64,000 nt of DNA from Macrostomum hystrix (taxonomy: Eukaryota > Animalia > Platyhelminthes). The notes under the pieces are model-generated. The model did no database searches. It had not been told where the DNA came from and worked only from the letters and a program-made list of their open reading frames with translations. Where the stretch lies: the NCBI GenBank assembly GCA_950097015.1, contig CATNEN010000001.1, positions 2,170,001 through 2,234,000 of the forward strand. Direction: 5' to 3'. Shown in pieces: positions 48,801-61,520 of the stretch (the first letter of the stretch is position 1; each line of letters opens with the position of its first letter). Position numbers and translations under genes: made by a program.

Positions 48801-49840
48801 ATCATATAAACTAATTTTATTCTACATAAATTTAGAAGCTTGTTAACAGTATAACTACTAAAGGGGAGATTCCCCAACTGACAATTTTTTGTGCTGCACC
48901 TGAACGGAGCAAAGCAAGCACACGAAACTCAAGAACACGGGCCAACTTTTTGTTGCGCATCTTCTGAAACAAGAATCAAGTCGCCAGCCCTTCAAACCGT
49001 CGAGATATTCAACGGTTCTGGCCGAAGGTCGGATTTTTCTCATAAGCGCTATAGTGTATATCATACACCCCTATACACGAATTAGCACTGCGCCTCAGTG
49101 CGGCCTCGCTAGGCCTTCAAAATTTATCTGCGTGTCACCCGAATGTGCCTGCATCATCTCCGTCTTCGGTGGTCACCTACCTTTATCTAGATGTACTGCT
49201 GGGCTTTTAAGGGCTACAACAGGTGGAACTAGGCCACCTAGTCTGTCAACCAATCAGTCACCACCCAACGCTGTTAGCATTCGGGCGCTGCCATAGAAAT
49301 TCTCTCGGTGGGGGTGGGTAGTCGCTCCTGGTATGGTATAAAATTATATGGTTTTGTACGGGCGGTAAATTGCTTGGTAATCCTACTATCGAATTGCAGC
49401 AATTATCTGTTGCTGTGTCAAAATGCTTGAAATATTGAATTGCAGCGCAGATAATAACAGCTTAATCAAATATCATAAGTCCATTTCATGCATGTTGTAA
49501 TAATTATCAAATACCTCATGTGTCTATGATGGCTAGTCCATGAATGCTGCTGTGATTGGGATAAATGGCAAACTCTCATAGATCCCTTTCAACAACCTGA
49601 CAAACCCGTGAATGCTTACAGTGGATCGCCCTGCTACTGCTGCTGCTGTTTGTTAACGTGCTAGTGTATTACCTGCGTCCTGCCTGGATGGAGGAGGACT
49701 CATCCCCAGCTCAGGACTATGGCGCCGAGTTTGAGTTGAAATCTTCTGGCCCCTATGCTCGAAATGAGGAGACTAGCGCTGGCGCGGTGAACTCTACCTA
49801 CATCAATAGTGACGAGAACCTGGCGGAAGTCAAGTACTGA
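36883..49840 (+). CDS. SLC6 / neurotransmitter:sodium symporter family transporter (prokaryote-like, short EL2 loop)
   Basis: Exons 36883-36909 (putative first), 40526-40688, 42254-42437, 45361-45484, 46158-46362, 46542-46704, 46913-47187, 47949-48040, 48125-48276, 48418-48553, 49622-49840, all in frame. Motifs VGTGNIWRFP, PMLLIEYAIGR, YYSVVLGW, GIxxIEK, LWVDSASQNAF, GLTFI, FFLCLSFAGVSS. Confidence 0.88.
37529..38874 (-). CDS. Crypton tyrosine recombinase (DUF3504 / ZMYM-QRICH1-KCTD1-related), split by a frameshift near 38325
   Basis: N-terminal EIRKENGEKYPPGSL...IQHY. Catalytic-position motifs GLRGGHE (R), SKT (K), NQSLR (H-x-x-R position with Q) and TGH...LERY (H, Y). ORFs 38874-38254 and 38296-37529 join as ...DEASLWDRGMLGDSTP. 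Confidence 0.85.
38894..39055. repeat. About 60-bp direct repeat pair upstream of the Crypton ORF
   Basis: AAGCTAGC...CTGACTGACTGAGCCAGCATCGAATTTCATATAAAAT at about 38895-38955 and 38994-39055. Confidence 0.85.
39262..40200 (-). pseudogene. Fragment of non-LTR retrotransposon ORF2 (end of RT through the C-terminal CCHC finger), frameshifted
   Basis: WKYLGFH; LYASEAWG; ARSELGRLPL; SRFRLGNHKL...RTCPKC...VENETHILFRC. Confidence 0.85.
40787..41995. repeat. 30-bp minisatellite (GAAGTACCAGTAGGTATTTTACATCCCATA), about 40 copies, intronic
   Basis: Visible directly; lies within the SLC6 intron 40689-42253. Confidence 0.97.
43756..44157 (+). mobile_element. tRNA-derived SINE family C (CORE-like) with a probable 10-bp TSD
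   Basis: GGATAGCTCAGTCAGTAAG (A box), GGTTCGACTCC (B box), CCTTTGGCAAG...CTCAGCTGCAAATGAGTACC and a TTA tail. TACTTCACTC occurs at 43746-43755 and 44158-44167. Confidence 0.75.
44985..45150 (+). mobile_element. Degenerate SINE family A fragment
   Basis: GAGCTCGATTCC...GACGATAAGAAAGTCAGGGTAGATGTAC...GTGTCACCAA. Confidence 0.55.
45830..46126. repeat. 20-bp minisatellite (ATCTATCAGACAGGACCCAT), with degenerate copies back to about 45650
   Basis: Visible directly. Confidence 0.95.
46725..46865 (-). mobile_element. 3' fragment of SINE family A
   Basis: AGACCCGCAGCCAGCGAGGAGGCA...GTGTACATGTGCCCTGA. Confidence 0.7.
47272..47838. repeat. 24-bp minisatellite (GTGTCTCTCTT[C/G]AAATCCGTGCAG) with 21-bp variants, intronic
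   Basis: Visible directly. Confidence 0.95.
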
Positions 49841-50737
49841 TTGTAGCTCGTATTAGCGCTGCTGTGCTAAAGCTGTGCTAAATGTCCGTAAAACATCTTT
49901 CGCACCACTCCTTCAATGACATATTAGTTAAAGACCTGATAATTCCTTTAATAAAATCGTAACATGCGTTAGAAAACATAAATTGTTCCAATAATTTAGC
50001 CTGTCTTTGAGTGTCTTGCGCTACAAAATAAACTTTTGGGCGTGATCAACTCGTTCATATTAAGAGATGAAACGAAATTAACGATACCCACTAGTACTTA
50101 GCTTTTAAAGAATGTTTTACCTCATTTTGTTTAACTTTGACGTCAACTGAAAACTATTCTACGAGTATCCTCCACTGAGTTTATACTTTTTTATTTCACT
50201 CGCATGCAGTTACAGCAGAAGCACTGTTGTACGATTACTATTCCCAATGCGTCGTTAATTACCAGAGTGAGTGAGGAGCACACAATTTCTAGAAAGAGTT
50301 GAGACCAAGTTAAGGCAGGCAGAGTATTATATGACGAATATTAACCCAACTAGAAACAAATAGCTTCGTTGATTATAAAGACATTGTTGTTTATACAGAT
50401 TTCACATGATCACGGGATAAACCAAGCCCAAAGACTATACTACGAGTAACTGGTCACAGTGTGTAGGTGCAGTCACATTTGTTTAATTCTCAAAAAGTTT
50501 TTTTTAATGAGTCGATTTCTCTCGTCCGCTTGTATTTTTTCAGCACTGGAGAAAAATAAGCGACGCCGATCAAGAAACACTATAGTAGTCTGTATAAGAA
50601 TAATTTTTCGGTTCAAGAAATGGGCGTAGCTAATGTCAGCAAAAAAGCTGCGGCAAGAATAACATTGCAAAGATATGTAATTTCCAGTTTGCTAAGCTGT
50701 TATGGGACTAACCAATTAAACTCATTCCGTTACTCTC

Positions 50738-53700
50738 CTACTCACTCGCCTCCTGGTGGTTGTTGGTATGGTTAATGGTCCTCAACTCAAGGTTTTCGTC
50801 AGGCAATTCGCGTTGCTGGCGATTCTGAGAGCTTCTTGGATGCCAACAACGCGATAAAAACAGCTGCACAAAGACGTCTCGAAATTGCTTGGACATTGAA
50901 GTGTACATCACAAAGTTTGCGCTGTTGTTCACCAAGGACAGGAGGTCGATCACATCGCCCAGCGGTGTGTAAACATCGTCCTGGAAGCCTTCAACCTTGG
51001 AACACATGAGCGACATGATCCCCTGAGGTAGCTCGGTTATCACGAAGATCATCATGATTGTCACGAGCATTCTGGTGGTTCGCTGCTCTCTGCGCTCATT
51101 TCTCTGCTTGCGTCTAGATGGTGTCTGGCCGCTGTTTAGAAGTCGCCTTCGTCGCGTTGATGCCTTGGACATCTCGATGATGAGCAGCACTGTCATAATG
51201 GAAAGGATTAGGCAGGGAATGATCTTATAGCCGACTGCGATTGTCCAGTAGTTGGTCTCGACTAGTCCGATCGGCAGCGACTCCGGATAGTCAATGAAGT
51301 AGACAGTGGCATTATTTCGGCTGGCTGAGATGCAATACCGAACCGCATTGCTCAGGTAGTTCGGTATAGCTGTTATCGGCAGGATTATCACAACAGCGCT
51401 GATGATGATGTATGCGTTCTTGAAGTTAGCGAGCCTCGGACCGATCGTCGGCATGGCGATGTAGACAAAGCGGAACACAGCCAAGGCCGCCGTGAGCCAA
51501 CAGGCAACAGTGTGCAGCACTAGCACCTGCGTGACAAAAAATGGAATTTTGTTAGCACTCTTTAATGTTTAATGAATACAAGTTCCTTAGTTCCTTTTAT
51601 AGAGCGTAAGACAACAGAAATTAATTTTTGTAAGATTAAGATTAAATTGGGCAGCATACTATACGTACTTGTTTATATAATTTTACGTATTTTCTAAATT
51701 TAATATTCGAGGTTATCAGTCGCTGAAGCCACTAATAAAGATTGCAGCCTTGTGGTTAGAGGGTCTGACTCACGACTTGAAGGTCGGAGGTTCGATTCCT
51801 GACTCCACTGGAACAATTTGTGTCCTTTAGCAAGACACTTGACTCCGCATTGCTACAGTTCACATAGCTGTTGAATGGGTACCAGCATCAGCTGGGATAA
51901 TTGAAGGTGGGTGTGGCGTCCCCCCAGTCCACAGACTGAAAAGCTGTACGCAGCCTTCATATGCGCCGAGCAATAGCTGTCGGCTGCACATCTGTCCCAA
52001 TCGGGGCCGGTGTAATCAATAATTATTGTACTAAATAAAAAAATTAAACGAATATAATTCGGTTTTCGCTGCAATGCCTTTTTATTCCAAAGCAATCGGG
52101 AACTTGTGCACTGAGATTGCTAAAGAATAAGACGAAAACTTCACGTTGTGTGAATATTTCATACTGGGCAATCATTTTCAGATCTGTCGGCCCAGATTCC
52201 ATGCTTTCAGCTGCAGAGGTGCAAGTGGAAATCTGCAATTTTACCGATAGATATAGTTTCCCCGAAAACCCGCATGCAGTTCGAGTGTTTGGCGCGGACA
52301 TTGCTGTGGCTCTGAATTTACAAGAATGTATAATTAGTGAAGCTCCTGGCCCAAGTTTTTGTTTTAGTATGTATATAGGTATGGTACTGATATTGTACTT
52401 GGGCGCCTTAACACCAGGAGTAATCGAGTTTCAGAAATCTGTGGACTACACTCCATCTGAAGCTCCATCTGCCCTTTGGTGAGCGCCCAGCGTTCCCAAA
52501 GCTCATTATTGATCCCCCCGCGAATTTTAGCGCGAACAAACTGGGCGTTTTCAGGACAGACATTTTGTGCAAGAGGCACCTAAGTGCAGATACACACAGA
52601 CAGATTTTAATTGCGCAGCAATTTAAAATCTCGCACAGACAGTCTCTCACCTGCATGTGCACAGTGTTGTGCCTGCTTGCACAATTTCTTATCTATAACT
52701 GCGCACAATCCTGATCAATCGCCTTTTTTCATTTTCGTCAAAGAGCTTGCAGACTGATAAAGAAAAATGACTGCAATCAACAAGTTATTATTTTTTTCTG
52801 CTAATGATGGTGTCACATTTTTCAACTTGTGCATGTACCGAAAAAAAATTTAGATTCTAGATCAAGGGTCAGTAAACTCCGACCCGCGGGCCAGATGCGG
52901 CCCTCGAAGCTCCCAAATCCGGCCCATTGCCCCTTCCGACACCCACAGTATCCTATCTCATCCTTCCCCTATCTCATGTCTTCACGTTCTCGTCTCCCCG
53001 TGCCTCATCTCTCCTTTGTCTCATCTCTCCTTTGTCTCATCTCTCCCGTGTCTCATCTCTCCTGTGTCTCATCGCTCCCTGTATTTCATCTCTCCCGTGT
53101 CTCATCTCTCCTCTATATTTTCTCTCCCCTTTCTCATCTCTCCCGCGTCTCATCGCTCCATTGTCTCATCCCCCTGTCATCTCTTTATCTGTCTCATCTT
53201 TCTTATTATCTAATCTTTCTACAGTCAATGCGGCCCACTGTCGTATTTTAATTTCTCTCTTTGGCCCCATCTAATCTCACTAGCTAATAAGTTTGCTGAT
53301 CCCTGTTCTAGATACACCGAGGCTATTTTTTCTATAAAGCAGCTACATTGAAAGTAGGGTTCTTTGGATCCTTGGCTGTAGAGCCATTTGCCCTCTTAAT
53401 CAAACAGTATGATTTCGTTTGTAGGAAAGAAATTATCCGATAAAAATTTCACTGTCTTGTATCTTATTGCCTATACTTAGGTTCCTTTGTTCTAGGACTG
53501 ATTGGTAGCTCATATTAAGCTTGGTGGATTATTTTGAGTATTTTCCAAGTTCCTTATTCGAGGATATCAGTCGCTGGAGCCGCTCACCGAGCTGATGGTG
53601 AACAAGGAATAGGAAATCCACGGATAGGAAAACGTGTGCGGATGCGGCAGGCCGACGGATGGCGAGTTGAGAGTAAACTTCACCACGTGGAACAGGTAGA

Positions 53701-53959
53701 GCATCATTGTCAGGAGATCGGCGGCTGCCACCGCGATCAGGAATTTGTTGACAGAAGTGGATAGCACGCGTCTAGTTAGCACTATTATATTCGCCAGGTT
53801 GGCTATCACACCGAACACGCACAGGAAAGCGCAGATGTAGCCATGCACGGGCCGGTAGGCGTCTTGGAAAGCTGCCAGGCCATGATAGCGTGGCGCCTTG
53901 GTCACGGACAGGTTGCGACAGTCGGATCCGATGTCGTCAGCGCTGAGCGCACTGCCCAT
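50738..53959 (-). CDS. Class A peptide GPCR of the DmsR (myosuppressin) / sex-peptide-receptor-like group, about 386 aa, 2 coding exons
   Basis: Exon 53959-53588 (phase 0) joins exon 51526-50738. Motifs YRPVHGY...FGVIAN..NIIVLTR, LIAVAAADLL, LHTVACWLTAALAVFRF, KIIPC, RTTRMLV, ITELPQG, NNSANFVMYTSMSKQFR. Confidence 0.9.
51742..52030 (+). mobile_element. SINE family B, full length, in the GPCR intron
   Basis: Closely similar to the copy at 23070-23367 over its whole length. Confidence 0.88.
52863..53305. mobile_element. hAT-type MITE, same family as the element at 33812, with an 8-bp TSD
   Basis: Terminal inverted repeats CAAGGGTCAGTAAACT / AGTTTGCTGATCCCTG; TTCTAGAT at 52855-52862 and 53306-53313. 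Confidence 0.92.
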
Positions 53960-56900
53960 GTCGTTATTGTTTGTCGTTGCTGCTTTTTGGCGAAGACTCT
54001 AGATGGAAAAACAATGGATTTATTATAATAAATAAATCATGCATCAATATCTTCAGACCATCTTTCAGATTTTGTTATTTGAGCTCACGAATTGTTGGAT
54101 TGTTGGTTCTGATTCAAAGTATTTTTTAAGCTTCTTAGCATAACACGGTGCAAAAATATGAACTGCACTGTGTTCTGAAGCTAATCCTTTTAATCCTGCG
54201 GTTGCTAATGTCAAGAAGTCTGTAAATCATTGTGGACATAATTTTACTTTTTCGCTCGATGCTATGGTCTAGCTAGATTAGAACTAGTAATCAATGATGT
54301 ATGGCGTCTAGAGTGCTTCTGCTTGTCAGGTCTTGGTCAGGTTGACCATTTTGTGCACATGAGCAATACTATTAAGCACGGATTTCTTCTGTTAATTTTA
54401 ATGTCGAATGGATACTGGCATTAGCTACGAGGAAGCTTTTGCGCCAATCTCCAGTCCATGGACTTGAACAGCCGGTGGACAGTACAACCGTTTGAAGAGA
54501 AAATTTAGCTTTCCCCTTGATCACAGGTGCACATAGATACGAGCTATACTACCCCGATTTTTACATTGTCCATTCGGTTATACTTAGACGCCGAGGATAT
54601 CGCGAAACTTTTGGACAAATGAAGACGAGTATAAAAAAAACTAAGGAAAGCGATGTGTTTGAAAAAAGTAGCTTATATAAAAATACTTTCTTCACTATCA
54701 TATACCTTGTTTGTTGTTTTCGGTTACCACTTAATTTTCATGCACTTTTAAATAGATAGCTTAACCTCCTGCCCCGTCCCTGCTATGCATGCCCTGTGCT
54801 GCCACCTGATTGGCTGGGCGAGGGTATGGTCTCTAAACCCTTACCCCAGCCCTGCGTGGCTTTGCTCCTCCCGCCAATCAGCTCCGCGCTGCTTTGCCGT
54901 TCACCCGGCTAGCGCGTACAACCCAACCCCTCCCTGCAGGTTGTTTTATTCTTCGGAACTCCGGGTCTGTGATTTTCGTAAGGTACCTTTCTGGTAGGTA
55001 AAATATTTTGTAGCTATTGTAAAACTTTAGCTACTTTTTATCTCCAGTGTTGCTCTCAAATTCAAATTTTGCTCTGCCTATTTCTGCATGCCTTTGGAGT
55101 ATCTGTATTTCCTAAACGCTGACCATCCAAATATTATTTGTCAAATGGTCGTTAAGACATCTTCTCAAAAGGTCGAATTTCTTAGTCTTAAAAGTCGCGC
55201 ACATTCTGTCAAATTTATACAAAGTCTATCATTTATATATTCTATTGTCCTAAAGGTCAGCAGCTTAATAGCTATTTAGAAAATTTGATATTGAAGGTTG
55301 AGATCGAGTGCTGTGTCCAGCTAAATTAGGCGCGTAGTCGGATAGCGGATTACGGCATACTAAAAGTAAGCCCGCTTTTGTAAGCGTATTTGCAGTGCCT
55401 TTCTGTTCTTCAACTACTAAAAGCCACTTGATGGTCCAGTAAACAACATCAAACGCTGACTCAATTTATAGCTGAATACCGAGGTGACCTAAGTCCGTCT
55501 ATAAGATGTGGCGTTTCGTCATTCTTAAGCCGTCAGCCCAAGTCGCGAATTGTCTTCCTGCTGGACGGCAGCTTCGAGACTTGGCAGCCGGCTTAGAAGA
55601 AAGCAGAGGTAGCCGAGCTTCTCGCAACCTTTCTTCCCTATTCTATTTTCTTGCCTTACCTATCCCACGCTAGTAGTTTGAGCCAGCGGCGAAAGCTTAA
55701 ATAATTCTCGAACAGAATTACAGGATCGCCTCAATACATGATTCGGGAGGCCGGGGAGGGGCGGGACTTGTTGAGGCTCAATTTTGAAGAAGGGCACGAT
55801 AATCCTTCCACAGCGTTAACTAGTCCTCTGATAATTAATCAAAGTCAAGCAACGAAACTGCAATAACGAGGGCCATAGCAACAACGAGGGGATATGGGCG
55901 AAGGTAGGTGTACAATTCTTAGTTATATAGGGAAACACGGGACAGAAGGATGTGTGACTATACTGAACAGCCTTTTGCAATTATATTGGTATATATGCTG
56001 AAGTTACTTTTCAAGCATCTGCGCAGGAAACCCCGATTAATCTGCCTGGGTGCTTGATTTGTAAATGCTTCGTCACTTTTAAAGTGTGCTAAAGAATCGT
56101 TTCTCCACCGATTACCAATGCAGTCCAGTGGTTGGCCCTCCTAACTATCTAGCCCTACCCCACTAGCTTTTAGCTAATATATCTAATTGCTTTAAGGACA
56201 AACGATCTGCGCTGGGCTCGACAGTACCCTTTGCCTTCAGTCCTCAAATAATACTCGTACTTAGTCTTTGGCCCATGGGGAGCTGAACTACTCAAAGGAT
56301 GTGCACCTGACGATTCAACCACTAAACTTATCTTCATTGCATCTTGTCTGTTTCAAAAGGGAACCTAGCTCTTCACGAGACTTCTACAAGCACTCTGTCC
56401 TTTGTATCCTAACCCCTAGAGCTGTGTGACTTTTCCAAGCCATAGTTCCCAACTATTATATCTCCTGTATTGTCCTAGTTTTGGGTTAAAAGCACAAAAA
56501 CAGAAAGGTTTGATTGTGAAGGCTCAGAAATGCTTTCACTTTGAATTCAGTGCTCACTATACCGTTATCAAGAAATCAGATTCAAGAGCAGCTGGTCCTG
56601 CAGTAATGTACCCAAGTGTTCCACAAATATTTTGTATGTATCGTAATCGTCATAAGCATTTAGAGCACGCAGAATTTCCAATACATAAAATCAATATAAA
56701 CCTACTTGGAGAGTTCATGCCTTCCGACAAATAAAGTACAACCAAATATCTCAGAGTTAAAATGCCTAGCATTGACTTGCTGACTAGTTACACTTATAAC
56801 AAACTTTATGAAGCATTGAAATTAATATTGCAGTTATAATTTATGCAATTTTTCTGATAGAATTAATAAAACTAATTTTAAAGTATACTAAATTTAGTTA

Positions 56901-58142
56901 GCAATGCTGGGCATTGTCTAGGACGAGAGTTTTCATCACTCCAGGAACGCCTACAACTTCGCGTGAAGAAATATTCAGAAATAATCAAGTATATCTGCTA
57001 AATATGCTGCTGATTAAAACAAAAAATTAATTATTCATTAAAACAATCAAGCAATCAATCTTGTATTCAGATTTAGGCCGCTGTCGCTGTCGAAGATTTT
57101 TCGTCACATCTCTCCGCATTTGGTCTTTCGAATGACTCTGGGGCGGATCCTAAACCTTCATCATATGTCAGCTTGACTTCAAATTTAAATTAAGCGTGGT
57201 TGCGGGGCTGTATGATATTCATATTTGATGAATCAAACCTCGTATCGAATTTTCGTGTCGCGCAATAAGCCTCCCCCCTCGGGGGAGCGCCACATCGTCG
57301 TGTCGTGATTGTGAGTCGGAAAAATTACATTAAATATTTTAAAAGACAGACGAAGGTCTACAGGAAAGAGAAAGTAAATTTTTAGCTCATTTTGTTAAAT
57401 AACTTACCTAACTCCGATTTGAGACTGACAATGGTTCCCTCCTTGATTGTAGACTACCGATTGACTCTGCTTCTAGATTCTTGATCTTTTAATCCTTCAA
57501 AAAGGTTCGTTGGGTTTGGTCTAAAAAGGCAACGAGTTAAAGCATTCGCATAGGATTTGGATAGACCATGTCGAGCCAATCCAGAGCCACAGCATAGCCT
57601 GCGATTGGCTATTGGCTTCCTGGACTTCCAGACAACATTAGAAGCAAATTGGACAGCAATTCGCACAATTTTGGGGCTAATAGATACACAATCGCACGAT
57701 CTTAGGCCAATGATTCTGTGATTTAGGAGCGCAAGATGTTTGCCTTCGTTGACACACCATGCAACCCCCCCCCCTAGTCTAGAACTATGTGCCTAGTCTG
57801 CAGTCTGCACTATAATATACGCTATTTAATGGAAGTTGTACAATATTAGTACAAAAGTGAATAATTTAGGCATCATATTCCATCAGTCTAGTTTTCTTAG
57901 ACTGACAGTCCGGGGCTCACAGTATAACCAAATATGGACTAATTGGACTATAGGCCCTAATTACAGCATTTTGCGTTGTGGACTTGGCTTTTTTCGCCTT
58001 CAATTAACTTAGCTTTTACTGCATATGTATGATTGCATCTTTCCTTTTTTCTGTAAGAGATGTAAGAGGCCAACATTGACCTCTCAAGATGATCAATAAT
58101 CAGGTCTCATTGATGTCTGACTCTACGCTGGAATACATGCTT

Positions 58143-58905
58143 AAAGACCCATTTTGATGTCTCACTCATGTCTCATCTCACAGGTATGGTTTTAAGACCC
58201 ATTTTGATGTCTCACTCATGCCTCATCTCACAGGTATGGTTTTAAGACCCTTTTACGAGGTCTCACTCATGCCTCATCTCACAGGTATGGTTTTAAGACC
58301 CATTTTGATGTCTCACTCATGCCTCATCTCACAGGTATGGTTTTAAGATCCTTTTACGAGGTCTCACTCATGCCTCATCTCACAGGTATGGTTTTAAGAT
58401 CCATTTTGAGGTCTCACTCATGCCTCATCTCACAGGTATGCAGCTTCAAGACCGATTTTGAGGTCTAACTCATGCCTCATCTCACAGGTATGCAGCTTCA
58501 AGACCCCTTTTGAGTTCTCACTCATGCCTCATCTCACAGGTATGCAGCTTCAAGACCCATTTTGATGTCTCACTCATGCCTCATCTCACAGGTATGCAGC
58601 TTCAAGACCCATTTTGATGTCTCACTCATGCCTCATCTCACAGGTATGCAGCTTCAAGACCCATTTTGATGTCTCACTCATGCCTCATCTCACAGGTATG
58701 CAGCTTCAAGACCCATTTTGATGTCTCACTCATGCCTCATCTCACAGGTATGCAGCTTCAAGACCCATTTTGAGGTCTCACTCATGCCTCATCTCACAGG
58801 TATGCAGCTTCAAGACCCATTTTGAGGTCTCACTCATGCCTCATCTCACAGGTATGCAGCTTCAAGACCCATTTTGATGTCTCACTCATGCCTCATATCA
58901 CAGGT
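58143..58905. repeat. 50/52-bp minisatellite (AAGACCCATTTTGATGTCTCACTCATGCCTCATCTCACAGGTATG + GTTTT or CAGCTTC)
   Basis: Visible directly. Units are 50 bp up to about 58440 and 52 bp afterwards. Confidence 0.95.
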
Positions 58906-59692
58906 CTCACAGGCACTAAGCATGTCACGCCTTTAAGCTCATCACTAGCTGTGTACAAATTTTATTGAAAACAAAGTGGAACTCAACTTCCGAATAGAAG
59001 TGCTGATGAAAGAGAATAGTGTTTTTTCCACTTCCGTCACTTTAGCGCAGGATTGTCTGCCATTTCGCGGCTAGCAGAAACAACGCGCTTTAGCTGTGTG
59101 TTTAGAGGAAAATTTATAGAGTTGCACTGGGAACTGTGGACTCCGTGTCTCTCTGCGCGCGTGCGTCCTCTTCCTGTCTCCTGAGCTGTGCTGAATAAGA
59201 TTTCACAGAAAAGGCCCTGCAGCGCAAAGCGAGAAACAGAAAAGTGAAAAGAAGTGAAGGGAAAATTGTGAAGCGGTCTGCGGTGACAACCCCCTACCAG
59301 AGGCGGCTTCTGCTCTCTGGCACTCCTTCACTTCCTGTCTGTCTGGGGTCGGGCTTCATCGTCACACTTTCAGAATGCTTCGGACTCTCGACTGTCGAGC
59401 GGAAGTGTCTTGCGGTTCTGCAGCGCTGCACTTTTGGGTAGCTTGGCTAATCTATCACTTAATGAATGCTTTTGGCCAGCTATTTTACTGAAAGATCTTT
59501 GTGCTCTTTGTACTAGGCGTGCTGCTTCTGCTTCTACATCTCGTATTAAAGGGTGACAGATGTAGCAATAATACTAATCAATCAAATGAGCTGATTGAAA
59601 ACTATGGACCCACCACCTTTCATACTAGCCAAGACTTTAACATATTTAATCAATCAAATACAGGGAAACTCTTCATATGTTAATTTACGTAG

Positions 59693-60398
<706 letters not shown>

Positions 60399-60805
60399 TT
60401 GCTTTAGGTTTACCTTTTTCCTGTCAGAAAGCCCACAGTCCAGTTGGGAGCCATTTTATCCCCAGTTTGAGGCAATTTTTCAGCCGCTTCCTTGGCTTAA
60501 AATTTATGACTTGCACGTGAAATAGCATTTTGTTCAGTTTTAAAGCATCGAGCATACTGACTAAATTGCTTGGAGCCTACGAAAGTCTATAGAAGTCGCA
60601 ATAAATCATGGCGCTAAAATTTGGCTAGAATTCGCCATCTGCTCAGAAAGAGTTAGCGTTCGCCTGAAATTTGTCACTTCAATTTGGCACCGTCCACTTC
60701 ACTCCTATTTCCTTTTTCGGCTTTTGCAGACACTATTTTTCAACGAAATTCTGAACGTGCTTTAGACTTGTGATTTGCATTTATGTATGTATTTGTATTC
60801 GTGTT

Positions 60806-61520
60806 CATTCTCAGACCAATTTGAGACCTATTCGAGAACATTCTCAGGATAATTTGAGACCATTCTCGGACCAATTTAAGATCATTCTCAGGATATTTTG
60901 AGACTAATTCTCAGGATAATTTCAGTCCATTCTCAGACCAATTTGAGACCATTCTCAGACCAATTTGAGACCGCTCTCAGACCAATTTAAGACCATTCTC
61001 AGACCAATTTGAGACCATTCTCAGACCAATTTGAGACCATTCTCAGACCAATTTGAGACCATTCTCAGACCAATTTGAGACCATTCTCAGACCAATTTCA
61101 GACCATTCTCAGACCAATTTGAGACCATTCTCAGAACAATTTGAGACCATTCTCAGACCAATTTGAGACCATTCTCAGAACAATTTGAGACCATTCTCAG
61201 ACCAATTTGAGACCATTCTCAGAACAATTTGAGACCATTCTCAGACCAATTTGAGACCATTCTCAGACCAATTTGAGACCATTCTCAGACCAATTTGAGA
61301 CCATTCTCAGACCAATTTGAGACCATTCTCAGAACAATTTGAGACCATTCTCAGACCAATTTGAGACCATTCTCAGACCAATTTGAGACCATTCTCAGAC
61401 CAATTTGAGACCGCTCTCAGACCAATTTGAAACCATTCTCAGACCAATTTGAGACCATTCTCAGACCAATTTGAGACCATTCTCAGACCAATTTGAGACC
61501 ATTCTCAGAACAATTTGAGA
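60806..61520. repeat. 22-bp minisatellite (CATTCTCAGACCAATTTGAGAC)
   Basis: Visible directly. Confidence 0.95.

Noticed and set aside
58143-58905. CRISPR-like regularly spaced repeats here and in the other arrays
   Set aside because: Units are head-to-tail with no unique spacers, there are no cas genes, and the context is eukaryotic.
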